A DNA stretch of 58,114 nt, the filler included, from Sphacelaria rigidula (Eukaryota): assembly GCA_964200075.2 (NCBI GenBank). It is 6 parts of 6 records of this genome, joined end to end, with 100 filler letters (N's around TTAATTAATTAA, not from the genome) between each part and the next. Parts side by side here need not be neighbours in the genome. Positions count along the whole stretch, not along the records: positions 9,705 to 19,307 come from CAXNAA020008118.1; positions 19,408 to 29,009 come from CAXNAA020008119.1; 4 more parts are not named here. The stretch is one strand, 5' to 3'. The translations under genes and the position numbers were made by a program. Below are positions 12,630 to 26,080 of the stretch, in pieces. Positions within the stretch are counted from its first letter, which is position 1; every line of letters begins with the position of its first letter. The notes beneath the pieces are model-generated. The model was given only the letters and a program-made list of their open reading frames with translations. It had not been told where the DNA came from and did no database searches.

Positions 12630-12867
12630 AGTTCTAAAACCAAACGGTCACCGCATATATGGTATCCGGCGATGCGGCGCAAGCGAAAACGCAAGGGTGA
12701 CGAACACAATACGATCATATAAAAAGTTAGCAAGGGTGATGAGCATAGGATACAATATTACTGTTCACAAAACCAAACTGTCACCGCAAGGATGTAACCC
12801 CGTGGTGCACGGGTAGCGACAGCATCAGTAAGGTGTGACGCGGATGCAAAGGTCGCCGTGGGAACAA
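12630..12867 (-). repeat. Dispersed repeat (possible LTR fragment); inverted copy at ~17567-17810
   Basis: The reverse complement matches ...cacaccttaccgacgctctcgctgcccgtacaccacagggtttcatccttgcggtgacagtt... at 17600-17670 and beyond. Confidence 0.8.
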
Positions 12868-13739
12868 AGCACAAGAGACTACGTATCGGATGATCGGTGT
12901 TTCGGCAAATATTAACATCCGATGCTCAAAATGGAGTTGAACACTGAGATCAGGTCAAAATGACATAATCGATTTTCAGGAGTGGTACGAAGCATTTGAA
13001 TCAAGCAAAAGCATCTCCCTACCTCAAAACAATCTTCAGCAGTTATCTAGCAGGTGTGACTAGGTACACCGAACGAATGCGGTGTACACGCGTGTCGATG
13101 ACGATATCATCAGAGACAAGAGCAACGGCGGAAGAGCAACGGCGGAAGAGCAACGGCGGAGAGGAAGCTCCTCGCCGGCGTCCGTTGTGTGTCCTCGTTC
13201 GGCGACTCCCATTCGCTCGAGAGACCGGTATCATGCATGTTACTATCACATACCCAAGTTGCCATGTGTCGGCCGGAGATTTATTGTAGGACAGCCCCGG
13301 AAACAACATCGGGATACCCACAATTGCTGTCTCCTGTCCGTGGCCCTGACCAATGCAAAGGTCGATTCCTCTATACCTCTCTGTTTGGGCAGGACATGCT
13401 CTCTGTCCGCAGCAGGACGCGTCGTCGAAAAGCTGGGCGATGCTTCCGTCGCCACTACTGTTCTCACACACACACATGCTAGCGAGAATGATGTAGCGGC
13501 AATAACAAGATCCAGTCGCAACTTGGTGGGGGATGTTATTGTCATGGTTGAGATTACCCGACCTGTGTGTTCACAAGGACGAGTCTGCCACACCCCAGTT
13601 GGAGTGTGTGTATGAGAGATCAAACACTCGTGTAGATCTTCTTTGGCATGCGGAATCAAGACAGGTACCTCTGCCGGTGACCTAACTGTTGCTGGCGTGA
13701 TCCATGTGGAGGCGGCCGCCCTGTAACCTGAGCTGTTCT

Positions 13740-15300
13740 GGTGTACAACGGGTCCTGTGCTCACCAGGATGTGGGTGTACGTGTGTGTTGCAATGGCAAA
13801 AAAGATGTCATGCGAGTCCATACTAAGGTGAGACGGGATAGGGTCATGGTTTTACCAGGAACAAGGGTGTTTTATGATCGAGAACTTGCCGTTGCATTTG
13901 TGATCCACGCCGTCAAGCGCCAACCGCAAAGGTTGTGGCAACAATAGCTTTCGAGCAGATTGGTCGGCATATCACCACGTCAAACAGTCCGGGACAGCTT
14001 TCGTTGCTCTGCGTACTTGCCCTGACTGCCTGTAGAACTGTTACAGGGTGGATGATGACCCTGAATAGAAGGCTAGAGGGTGATGCGATTGCGGGTCTGC
14101 CGAACCATTCTCCAGCCCAATTACGATTTATGAAAGATAAAGACGCTACCTCCCGCAAGCGCATACGAGGTCAGAGAAAGAAAGAGATCGAAACCAATGC
14201 AATCCGAGGGCAAATATGTCATATCATCTCACGATAACCGAACTGCACTGCACCATTGCTGACTACTGAATGCGACATCACCCACCTTCACCAAGGATAA
14301 CCTACATGCTATACGCAATGCTAATTGCGTGCTGATCTTCTGCAAGCTAATCGACTCAAGAAGCAAAAGGTATGCACGATCTTGGTGTGAAGTAGGGAGT
14401 TCGTATTGCCGTGTTACACTGTAACACGGGGTCCCAGGATGCCTTGCGTACCCAATGCAACCCATCTAGAGGCTATCTTCCACACCTGACCAACGCCTAG
14501 TTTGTTTCTGCGACATGGTGTCCAACCGAGAGAGCAGGAGAGACAAACGCACGCACTCAGCGTGCGGTTCGCTGGATGAAATGTAGACCGCAGCCCGGCT
14601 CGCAGTGAAGTGGACTTTGTTTCGTACTGTCTGTCACAACCCCTCAACCATCATGGTGTACAAGAGGTTGCGCCCCAGGTCAAATGCACAACCCGCTGCC
14701 GCAACCCGTCTTTCGTATTGTGTAGTCGCCGTTGCGCTGTAGTGCATCTAAACTCTCTACGGCGACCTCGGCGCGATGAGCGCTCAAGAGTGCGTGAGCA
14801 GTTGTGCCACTGCATGCTCTGTTTCCGTCCGCACAAAACCGGGGTGGGGTCAAAATGCGGCAGAATTCTCAAACAATCAGGTGAAGAGTCTGGAGCTGGG
14901 TGTTGGGTCTGCAGCAACCACTGTATACTCGTTGTACCGCAGAAGACACGCAAGGCAGGTGCATGCAGGTTGAGGCAAAAATATTGAACCAGCACGAAGC
15001 TGCTGTATCCTCGGTGACTGTTGGTAGCAGCTGTCTGCCTCACAGCAGCACAATGTGCGGGTCCAGGGTCAGATTTATGCTTATCAAAATCTAGGAAAAC
15101 TTCCCTACAGGGTCCGCAAATTTTTGTTGTTGCTGGCTTACGATCATGGTAGACACACCAGTTATCTCACATGATTTGGACGTGGTCACATACGACATCG
15201 CCCTAGGAAACAAAGGCATACAACGAACCTTGCCAGTGGTGGCGGGGTCACCTTTCCTAACCATCCTGCTTATCCAGCATCAACATCGCAGGGCTGGTAC
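13740..15300 (-). mobile_element. Possible highly decayed RLE-type (CRE/NeSL-like) LINE C-terminal region
   Basis: Ordered minus-strand fragments: LRVFCGTTSIQWLLQTQHP (cf. LLRxCxxxRxxxLLRTxPP), HQDRAYL (cf. AAYLAS) and MDSHD..CHC...TH..V (cf. zinc knuckle). Many stops. Confidence 0.3.
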
Positions 15301-18300
15301 CCGTGTCGGGCACGAACCAGGTTCTACTGCCACAATCAGTTTTCCCCCCGCACACAAACGCTCATATATGCCTTCTTACTCATCGATATGAGTAATCGGT
15401 ACACTGTACTACAGTATGCAAGCTAAGTCGATGAGCCGGCAGTGCATCTCGAGAAACATTGAGCTGAGGTAAGCAACGGTGACTGATAATTACCCACGGC
15501 TCTGTGTTCTCACACGACTGGCAAGTCAAACATGTGCGGTGCAACTATAGGCTACACGGATAATACAGAGCAGCATGATGAGAACCGTTTGTGCACAGTA
15601 GATTTTGGGACATCGTTCCAGCTTTAAAAACTAGAACACTACACAGGCATATTCAAATCAACTGGTTACTCGCGCGGACTGAACATAACGGATGTATCCT
15701 TCTTTTTGTTCGAGTCAACGAACATACTTTTCCAGGCAGCGGCGACGATCAGCTTTCGCATGAAAAGAGACTCATTACAAACGTCATGTTTATCTATGCA
15801 TGCTACCCACATGGTGTACACTCAACGAATCCATCAACATGAAATGTTAACCCAAATGTCAAAATACACCACACATGCAATGTACAAAATAACAGTAATC
15901 GCCGCCGCCATCGGAAAAATTGGTCGTAACTCCCACAAAGAGAACGGTATATCCGGTTGTACTCTCCCACAAGCGACCCAACACGCCGTATTTCCCCCCC
16001 AACCCTCCACGTACAGGAGGTTCCTTCTTTTCAGGCTATAAGCGCATGGGTGTCTATTACAAGTGAGTCCCCACATAGCTCCTACGACAGTGTAACGGAC
16101 ACAACGATTGACTTGACTCACATCCAGTGCAACGCGTATTCTTCCGTGCACAATATTGCACGAACAGGGATACATTGATTGCTTGCGAGACTAATCGGAA
16201 CTTCATGAAGTTTTTTTTTATGCGAGACATGAGCTCAGTTCCTTCTTTTTTGTTCTCTCTTTTTCCCCTTCCTCATTTTTCTTTCCTTCTTGGACATGAA
16301 CGATAATGAAACGACATGCACCTAGGTCATTGTTCTCCTCTGAACCGGCATGCAACACACGATGCTCATTCATCCCATCAACAACCATGAAACGCCAATC
16401 AATTTCAACAGCTAACATGACAACATTCTGTGTCGGGCAACGCGATCCACAGACCACTGATCACAGCAAAAATATGAATGAAGGAGAAAAAAGGAAATGG
16501 CTCATGCCCCGCACAGAAAAAAGTCATTATTCAGGATCGTTTGCCGCAAGCAATCCTCACGCAGCGCTTCATTTTGTTCTATTTCCGTCGGCATCATAAT
16601 AGGTCGATCACCAGCGTTGAATAGAACTGGTATACGCTTGTTTAGAACGGGATATGAGCTCATTCTTCTATTCTTTTTTGTTGTCAAGAAAGCGGCGATT
16701 AAACATTTTTTCATATACATAACCGACGTGTACTTTACTCACAATATACGCTACATTATGCATGATTATCCCACTATCACCCATGAAATGTCAAACAACA
16801 CACAATGTCTGCTCACATGTGAAAATATGCCGTGGAAGCAACGCGATTAATATATTACACCGCCGCCGCAAAAAAAAAGAAGGGAGAAGAAGAAGGATTG
16901 GTTCATTTTCCGCATTGAAAAATCGATATATCCAGGTCTGCTCTCCTGCGAGTAACTTCCATACATTCGATTTATCTATTTTGCACCACGCGGTTGAGGA
17001 AATCTATGCACAAGCCAACCCTTCACAGGTCTACCCCCTACCAGGTAAACCCTGCCTCAAGGTGGGGCGTCAAATGACAGGTATAATAATGGGTGACTCG
17101 ATCAGCTCCCACCCATCCATCTATCGGAAGAATATATTTTTCTCTTCATTCATTTTTTTTTATAGTAGCGTCCCAGAGCCCTTCTGTGAGTACCGCGAAC
17201 CATACCATTGTCGGTACCGCACCACAGCACGACTATACATGCGACCTAGAGCACAACACGACACACGCAACAAGACACCCAGGAGCCCGCCCAGCAACAC
17301 AGGTAATATCATCCAGTTCACGTACGAGCCGAGACGGAAAACAGAACCGGGAGGGTATCGTAGCAACATGTACTGGCAGTTTTATCCTCAAGCCCTAGTG
17401 CCAAGATTGTTCGACCATTTGAAAAATGAAAAAAGGGGAGATGAAGAACAGTTTCCTAATGTTGCATCTCATGCAACAACAGCCTTACGATCACGAGCAC
17501 TGAAACTCTGGAGGGGAACACATGTGATGACCACAATACATGCTGAATTGCCACTCATCCGCAATGCTCTTGGGCTTTTTCCCGCGACGACCCCTGCGTC
17601 CGGCTTCACACCTTACCGACGCTCTCGCTGCCCGTACACCACAGGGTTTCATCCTTGCGGTGACAGTTTAGCTTTTGGGGAACTGTGACATTGTATATTG
17701 TGCTCAACCTTGCTAAGTATATTTGATCGTGATTGTGTTTGTCACCATTGTGTTTTCGCTGGTGCTGCATCACCGGATATCATTTTAGCGGTGCCATTTT
17801 GGTTCGGGGATATACACGATTTTATGGGTTTCGCATTTTTTGCATTTTAGGATTCTATGCGCAATACATATTCTACACACGTACATTTCGTCGCTTACTG
17901 GTATGTCTGTACTTATTGCATTGGATGATGGAGCCCTTTTCGTACCCTTATTTATATGACAAGTCATGTGTCGAATTCAGTGCTCGACACGGAACGAGTC
18001 GATATGCGACAGGAGTGACAAGACCAGGGCATGCTCTTATCTTCATGTACTCAGTCCCCCCAACTTGTGTTGACCTTTACCCCATACCCTTGTCCTGGGT
18101 ATATGTGTCATCACGAGAGAAACGGCGCTAAATGCGATGGCGACTATTCATCCCCCACCAGGCCACGCCGGGACGCGGAAGCATGGTACATTGAGGACGG
18201 AATGTGTCCGCGTTGAATGCAATTAGTGGTTCGCTCGGTTGGGTGATAGCTGTACGTCTTTTGTTCACGTAACAGGACTAACTGTTTTTTGTGACTAAAC

Positions 18301-19407
18301 ATTGCGTATCTTATGTCATATTGCCAAGGGCTATGATAATAGCTTTCGTAAAAGTCGCTCCCGCCAAAAGTCCATGTTGCGTGCCACGCTTCACTCTGGT
18401 GTTGCAATGTTTATCTCGAGCGTGGATGCTTCTAGGTTTCATTTATTTTATTATGCTATCTTCACTGTACCTTCACACTCACGAATGACAACCGTCTTTT
18501 CTTGAACTGTGTGGTATATCAAGACCGTATCGTGACTCTGTCGTGACGACTCATCGTCGAAATGTTGGTATCCGGCACAACATCTTGTTACATTACGGTC
18601 AACTCAGGTGCTCTCTTGCTGTAAATTTATCCCAGATCTATCCATCGAGCTATTCTAGTTTCTATCTTATCGCTCATGCGCTTGGGTTTTGGGTAGGTAT
18701 GTTATCCTTCGGCTGTACTGTTCACAAGATTTGGGAACGATCCGCCCCATAGCGTTTCATGTCTGCAAGTGTTGAACCAGATATAGCCGCTTATTGCAGT
18801 AATTTGTCAGGAGTGTTGAACACCTGAGGTTTGTGCTCCGAGTTCGTTTAGTTTCATATCCAAAACCCCCAACGCTATCAGCGCTTTCCCCCCATTTATC
18901 CGGTGCAGTTGTTGAAATTTAGTGGCGAGAAAAAAAAGGGGGTAGAGAAAAGAAACAGTCGCCAAATGAACCGACCATGAGCTGCTCTATTCAACGATAC
19001 ACGAAGAGACTCGAAGAACGCTTTTCAGAGTGCTACATCAGGGACGATTAGTGTCTGTTGTGGGTACCGGTGATGACCATATGTCAACTTTAGTCATCCA
19101 GCGACAACTGATTTGTGACCTGACAACACTGATACACACTAAATACGCGCACATTGAATTAACACACACCGTGCTATTTTTGCAGGGTCATTTCTGCCCG
19201 AACAGTACAAACAGAGACTACCTCGAGTACGCTCGATCATACGGGTGTAGACGCTGGGAAAAGGCCGGTCTCAACTTATAACGATGGTAAACAGTTGCCT
19301 TTTGTAGNNNNNNNNNNNNNNNNNNNNNNNNNNNNNNNNNNNNNNNNNNNNTTAATTAATTAANNNNNNNNNNNNNNNNNNNNNNNNNNNNNNNNNNNNN
19401 NNNNNNN

Positions 19408-19505
19408 GGTCCGAAAAATCAATCCACGGGAGAAAATCGCCTGTAGATGGGCTGAAATCCTCATATTTGTAAAAATCGGGACTCGTTGCCATAAAAGTGG
19501 GTCTA
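19408..19505 (-). mobile_element. Terminus of a young high-copy TIR element at scaffold end; inverted copy at 28911-29009
   Basis: About 95 bp are near-identical in inverted orientation at both ends of scaffold 3 (gacccacttttatggcaacgagtccc...). Each copy abuts TAA/TTA and runs into the gap. Confidence 0.7.
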
Positions 19506-21008
19506 AGCGTCTTTCAAGTGTAATCCCCGCGCACCAAACACGGAGGCAGTACTCGTACAGTACAGTACAACAGTGTACTGTAGTTGGCGGTTCCAGCATC
19601 AGCACTTGGCGACGCCACACTGAAACGATGGTCATGCACGGCAGTGATGATGTACTGTAATATAATGCCACACCATCGGGAGCAGAGACGTGCAGCACGC
19701 GAGGGAATTGGGAATCGAGCATTGGAGTGATGGATGAGTCGCTGATTGTGAAATGCATGCACACAGATCCAAACACGTATCCCATCAGTCGTACACAAGA
19801 CGAGGTCAAGGACTCCGAGCAGTTCACCGTGCTGTTGTTACTGCTTGTCCCCTCACGCACACACAGCCGAACAATTCAAAGGCACATCCCACCCTCCATA
19901 TCGTCCCTCATGCACAATCGAGCGCAAGACCTCCTTCCCAGGATCCCGACAGGAAGTCTTTCCACAGACAGCATGCGTACACTGCCTTTACACACTACCC
20001 CAACAGCACAGGATGCCTCTTACCTAAGAGAGCCAGCTCCGCGTGACCCTCGACCCCTAGATGTAGGCAAAGCCGAACCTCTACACCCCCGATTCCGCAC
20101 CAAAAACTTGCTCTGACTGCGCGCCCCAACATCACAACCCACGGAAGAACCACCTCGCCATACACAAGCTGTTAGGAAAAGAGCGCTACTACGATAACCG
20201 CTGCCGCTGTTGCCGCCACTGCTGCCGCCGCCGCGGGAGCGCGGCGCTTCGCCGACTGCAAGTTGGGTTGGAGACCCGCGCAGACTGCTTGCTAAGAATG
20301 CATGGGAGGGTGCGCTTGCCACACTGAGGAGAAGGATAATTAGGATCTGGGGTAGTGTACGCAAAAATAAAGTTTTTTGTGGTGGTGGCGGTGTCGATGG
20401 TGTTGGTGGTGCGAAGGTGAGGTTCCTCATGATCACGAGATGAGGACGAAATCTGACAGGCTGGTCGGGAAATGGAGCACATATTTCGATAAGGTTCAAA
20501 ACTGTAGTATGACGACGGTACCCCAAAATGGAAAAAATAACGACAATGTTGTAGACATCAAATGCCATATCTTTGCTTCCGAAATACACGATGGAGGTCG
20601 TATTAGTATACCAGATGACAAGTTGTGAACACAACACACCCTCCGACCCATGATCAGATGGCTGCTTGTGCAAATAAGGCTGTGGAAACGTAGGTGGTAG
20701 CAGCAATCTCTGTGCCACTTTGGTAAGCACTAATCCAGTCATTATTTATTATGTTCAACTGCTGCGGTCGTACTACAAAACGTCCAGTTCAGGTTTTCCA
20801 GCCGAACCCCCTGGTCAACTGAGTTATCGGTTTCATGTTCCTGACGAGAACGTGGTTCGGGAGGCTGTCTACTGTAGCTGTGGCTGTGGCAGTATCGATT
20901 GCAACAATCGAAAGCAGAGTCGACGGTCTGCGAGTCCGCTCCTCGTTCCCACCCCTGTCCTCCTCCGGTTCTGCCAGCACCTATTCTCGCCAAGCTGTTG
21001 AAAGGATC

Positions 21009-21037
21009 ATGAGCGAGACTGCCGGGAAACCCATCAA
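21009..21037 (+). CDS. ADH5: Class III alcohol dehydrogenase / S-(hydroxymethyl)glutathione dehydrogenase (GSNOR), coding exon 1
   Basis: ATG AGC GAG ACT GCC GGG AAA CCC ATC AA|GTAAGG encodes MSETAGKPI(K). A phase-2 join to G|TGC at 28017 restores the canonical TAGKPIKCKAAVAW. Confidence 0.85.
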
Positions 21038-21995
21038 GTAAGGAAATGTGTGGATAGGTATGGTATGTCCTAGATACTTTAGACGGCCATACATAAGTCG
21101 TCTGGTCGTAACGGACCAACGCATTTTGAGGTCCGGCGACAAATATCTGTCGACATGCATACCTTCATGTATGGTGTTCACCGTCGGAGCACACGCACGG
21201 TTCATAGGCTGGATGGCCCTGGTCGGAGTGGCAGCCATCCGTCCATCGAAATCTGCTGTACCTCAGTGTAGTCCAGTCTGTTCTTACGTCGTACACGCTA
21301 TTCACACATCACCTCGAGAGTACAGACCTCGGTACTATCTGTGCGTTGCACCGTAAACGAACGGTACAGGTGCTGTGCCATAGCGAGTGACGCATCACGA
21401 GGGATGCATCAAGCCTGAAATACAGTACTAGCAAGGCATCGAAATTTTCCACATTCTCAACCAGGCAGGTCGAGTGACTTCAAGACATGGGACGCAACAA
21501 GGGGCCTTGGTACAAATGCGGAGAAAAAAAAAAACGTGCGAAAAAAAAAATTGACCGCCGCTTGCATCTCTTGTTCAACTTCCGAACCCCTGCCTGTGTA
21601 CTGGCGTGGGCCGCAAACGGAGAAGGGGATGAGGTTTCGTGTTCCGGGATATTTTCATCATAGATTCACGAGACCTCATGACTCACACAGAGCAAGATGT
21701 TTAGACCGGGATGCAGTAGTACAGCACGGCATCTCGGCGCTCTCTCGTAACCTCGAGCAGGTCCAGCTCGACCCACCATTATAGTGTAACATATCGATAC
21801 ACGAACGAACTTGACACTGACCTGTGCCCCATCATCGGTGTGGTTGAGAAATTCGACTTATGGAATCGCAAACTGTTTTATTTTCAAACCTCCGAAGCAA
21901 ACGAGGCCATCGTGCCTGTGATTCCTTGACTGCGGACCTAGCAGCGGTGATGGCGATCCGATGGATGGACAGAAACATTGATTTAAAATACGTTC

Positions 21996-22169
21996 CACAC
22001 TCTGGACAAAAAACCACGGCGTCGAAATATATGCTGCGTACGGTATGAAATCTATCGTCTAGCGCAACAGGCGTAACAGTCGCACACCGTGGACAAGAAA
22101 CCACGGCGTCGAAATATATGCTGCGTACAGTATAAAATCTGTCGTCTAGTGCAACAGGCGCAACAATCG
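21996..22169. repeat. 87-bp tandem duplication
   Basis: cacac..tggacaa.aaaccacggcgtcgaaatatatgctgcgtac...caacaggcg starts at 21996 and 22083. Confidence 0.9.
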
Positions 22170-22465
22170 ATACTGTACGCAGTACAGATATTGAAAATGG
22201 AATCTCGTCCAGGGTGCAGCACGGTCAGAAAAGCCCAGGGTTTAGGGGCGAGATATATTCTGGGACCAGTGGGGGCTGTGGAGTAAGAGTCCAGATAGAG
22301 GTGAAGTGGTGATGGGTATCGAGAAAAAAAGAAAGTAAAAGAATGGACACGATACCCGATATCTCGATATCTGCTATGCAAAATTCGCGATATCGATACG
22401 ATATGGGATTCCATATCGAAAAATTCGCCTTCATCAGTTGTGTCTTTTCAAGTTGTTTTCTTATT

Positions 22466-22790
22466 GAAAACGTGCGGTCGAATCGAATTCGCTCGTTCCT
22501 GATTCGTCCACGCTATTCATTTTCTCAGATGGCTGAGAACATGAGTGCCGTGAACGTATCAGGTACGAGCAAATTCGACTCCACCGTACGTTTTCGAGTC
22601 GAAAACAATCTGATGAGGGCGTGTCTTTGGCCGTGTCTCATCAAAATTGTTTCCGTGCCGAAAGCGTGCGGTCGAATCGAATTCGCTCGTTTCTGATTCG
22701 CCCACGCTACTCATTTTCTCGGATGGTTGAGGACATGAATGCCGTGGACGTATCAGGCACGAGCAAATTCGATTCCACGGTACGTTTTCG
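22466..22790. repeat. Tandem pair (194-bp period) of ~130-bp imperfect palindromic units
   Basis: gaaa.cgtgcggtcgaatcgaattcgctcgt...acgagcaaattcga.tccac.gtacgttttcga occurs at 22466 and 22660, with related motifs near 22830, 22970, 23570 and 25170-25250. Confidence 0.85.
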
Positions 22791-22964
22791 AACAAACTGA
22801 CGAGACACGGCCTTGACACTTTTTTTTTCGATCGAAAAAGTGCGGTCGATTTTTTTTTGCCGGTCTGATAGGTTCACCGCATTTATGTTCCTAGAAGGCT
22901 TCAACCCAAAATTATAAGTAGTGGCGCGCGGAGAAGAATAGCTCGAGGTAAAAAAGAATCGTTT

Positions 22965-23300
22965 TCGACCGAAAACGTGCGGTCGAAAGGCACGAAGCGG
23001 CACTTGACTCCTATCTTACAGACTACCACGCCAAATATCACCTGTTCACAGGACCATGCAAACTCCATCCAATTCATTCTTAGCCACCACCGCAACCCTG
23101 CAGTATAGAGCACGAGTTGAGCGCAGGGATGGATACACTGCAGTAGTCGGGTGTGCTTTGTTTATTTTTGTTGGCGAAAACTTGTGCATCTTATCTCATG
23201 GTTGGGATCAGCGACGGAACCGCGTGGTAAGGTGGGCAACCGAGTTGCGTGCACCCTCATGGACAGTGCAGGCGGTACAAAGCTGCACTTTGCTGAAGTC
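22965..23300 (+). repeat. Direct repeat, second copy ~24375-24730
   Basis: The copies share atatcacc..ttcacag.accatg.aaactcca...ttcattct.agc...aaccctgcag.atag...cgagttgagc.caggga and downstream blocks. Confidence 0.8.
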
Positions 23301-26080
23301 TTTTTCACGTCGCATTGTAAGCAGAGAGAACTGATAGTCCTGCGCTGTCTGTACTGAACGTTGCCCGCTTCTCCTTTACATCCTCCTCACGAAACACGTA
23401 CACACGCGCTCAAGACGCCCTGCTCGCAAGCAGTGCAGGCAGTACAGCCTGACTGTCTGTATGCACTGTACACCCGTGACCATGTACCGTTTCACGAATT
23501 TCACTGCGTTTTTTCGATCGACAGCTTGAAAATCCGTCTGGATCAAACTGCATCAAAACGAGAAATTTTCGCTCAAATCAATTCCACCGCCCCATTTTTT
23601 GATCGAAAAGGAAGAAGTGCTGAGACACGCCCTAAGACACGGCTTCGGAACAAAAAAAAGAGAGAGATGGTTCCACACCCTGTACAACTGCAATAGTTGG
23701 CAGTTGTTTCTCAAATAACCAACTGTTCAGAATCGTGTGCAACTACAGGCTGGGCCAGCTGACACGAACAGCACTATTGGTTGTTTCCTATGCCATGACG
23801 CCGATATGTGCAATGATCGCCAGCTCACGATACCACGTTCGTACATGGCTACGACAACCATGCACAGACAGGTGCATGTATGTATGCGCGGAACGTTTCG
23901 CCAATATCATGCCTCGCTCACGCACTATTGATTACTTATGAAGACAACGCGGATGGGACATACGATCTTGTAAAGAAATATCGCGCAATCTAAGGGGGGT
24001 ATCGACACGACATATCCCCGATATATCGGGGTAGACGTATCGAGATTGAGGATGTAATGTCCGTCACTAAAGCGAATTAACCCTCTGACCGCCAGGATAG
24101 GTCATGTGGGTCACCCACTATTTCTTCAAGTGAACGTGATGTCGAATCAACAGATGGCCTGCCCTGGCGATCTCCAGGTTGAATGTGCGTCTTCTCATTC
24201 TTTTGTTTCCCATAAAAAAAGTGCGGCGGAAAAGAAAAAATTGTATCTGGTACGTTCAGGTCATTTAGGTTCTCACATGACTTCAACTGCTGTTTGTAAT
24301 TATTTGCGCGCGACCCGGGGGGTGTGTGTGTTTGTGGGGGGGGGGGGGCAGCAACAGAAAAGCTTAGCCTTTTCGATCAAAAACATGCGGCGAAAAACAG
24401 CGAACGGACGCCTGATTTTTTTTGCAGGCCACCAAGCCAGATATCACCCATTCACAGAACCATGTAAACTCCACAGAGTTCATTCTCAGCTCCCAACGTA
24501 ACCCTGCAGCATAGGTCGCGAGTTGAGCACAGGGATACATACTCGGCAGTAATTGAAAACTGACGACACTATCACCCTCTGGGCATGATGTGTTTCTTTT
24601 TTGTTGGCGAAAAACTTGAGCATCCTCTACTATGGTGGGGGTCGGCGGCGGAATCGCGCGGTAGCGTGGGTGATCGAATTGCGTACACGGCCATGAACAG
24701 TGAAAGTGGTACAAAACTGCATTTTGCCCAAATCATTTCATAATCTTCTGTATGCGTTTTTTTCTTTTTCTTTTTTCATACCGACCATTTCTTTCTGTGC
24801 TTGCTTCTGTTGAATTTTTATGTTGATTTTTTCGCGTCTTAGTCTACTGATCGTTCTGTTCAACTTTTTATGTTCCTTCTTTTTCTTCTGCGAATGTTCC
24901 AGTTTTGTTTTTCTTGGGTACGTCCATCATGTGACGACCACTGGATCCCTCGGGGGTCACAGTCAGTGTGCGATACTCAATCAATCAAGAAGCAAGAGTA
25001 CAGATAGTGTGCTGTCGGTACCGCACATTGCCCGCTTCTTTTCAAATCCTACTGTACGAAATACACACACTCGAAGACACCATATGTAGATAGTACGGAC
25101 AGTTCTGTACTGTCTGTCCTGATTACAAGTGAACAAGTACCCCTTCACGATTTCCACCGTCATATTTCGATCGAAAAGCGTGCAAGTTTGCCGGGATCGA
25201 CACCGCGCGAAACGAACGAATTCGATTCAATCAATTCCGCCGCACTATTTTCATTCGATGACCCAGAATATTTCATGACAGGCACGCTCTGAAAGCCCCC
25301 CGTCCCATCAAGACAAGAAAAACGATACAGAAGCTGTGACAATGAGAACGATTACGACGAACAGCCCACGTGTGGCAACCGTTTTACGTTCCCTTTCGGG
25401 TTCTCAAAAGGGAACATATTATGAAAAAGGGACATGAAGTAGTTGTCACACATGAGACTGTTGGTCACTCTCATCCTCAGTACAAATATCACAATTTCGT
25501 TCTCACCATCACAATCTTATTCTCACTGTCACAATCCCATTCTCATTATCCCAATCTTATTCTAATTTATTTCCTTCGTTGGAATGGGACCCAATTGCAC
25601 ACCAATGACCACGGCTGGACCACCGATGGATGAGTTCACCCTTTCGGCGCCGGAACCGTCAGGTTGACCCTAGATGAATCCCAGAAGAATCCGCGAAAAA
25701 CGGCGACTTCGCCCTTATCGAACACGCCATGTTACACGGGTGAGGGGTTCGGGACCAGTCCGATGTTGTGCGCAAGGGGATGTTATCGGGCGTAAGTGGG
25801 TGGTGTATAAGGACATCAAAACCAAAATGGACACAAATGGACCCTTAACCCGTAGACAGTGAGGTAGGTCATCTGTTGAATCGGCATCAATTTTACTTGA
25901 AAAAAGTATGCATGATCCAAAAAGACTACCCTCGCGGTCTAAGAGTTAACTTGCTATTTGAATAGATCCATTTGACAACTCCGGCGGTGAAGCACGAAAG
26001 CCGAGCACAAAATGGTATCGTACCGTACACCATCACATTTGCCCGTCTTTGCAGCCGCGGGCTCGTGTGCGAGGGCTCAA

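Larger units (their letters stand above)
11225..13654. repeat. Long inverted repeat: ~700-bp arms (11225-11926 and 12928-13654) around a ~1-kb spacer
   Basis: The arms align as reverse complements throughout (e.g. cgcgtgtacaccgcattcgttcggtg vs caccgaacgaatgcggtgtacacgcg). They are visibly diverged, with indels including a 15-bp triplication at ~13119-13160. Confidence 0.92.

Noticed and set aside
16762-17688. Longest ORF in the track (308 aa)
   Set aside because: It has no recognisable motif, runs through A/T tracts and ends in a dispersed repeat. It is probably a chance ORF.
20400-21250. Copia integrase/RT-like fragments on the minus strand
   Set aside because: The similarities are weak, their order is inconsistent with Copia pol, and the region overlaps the ADH first exon on the plus strand.
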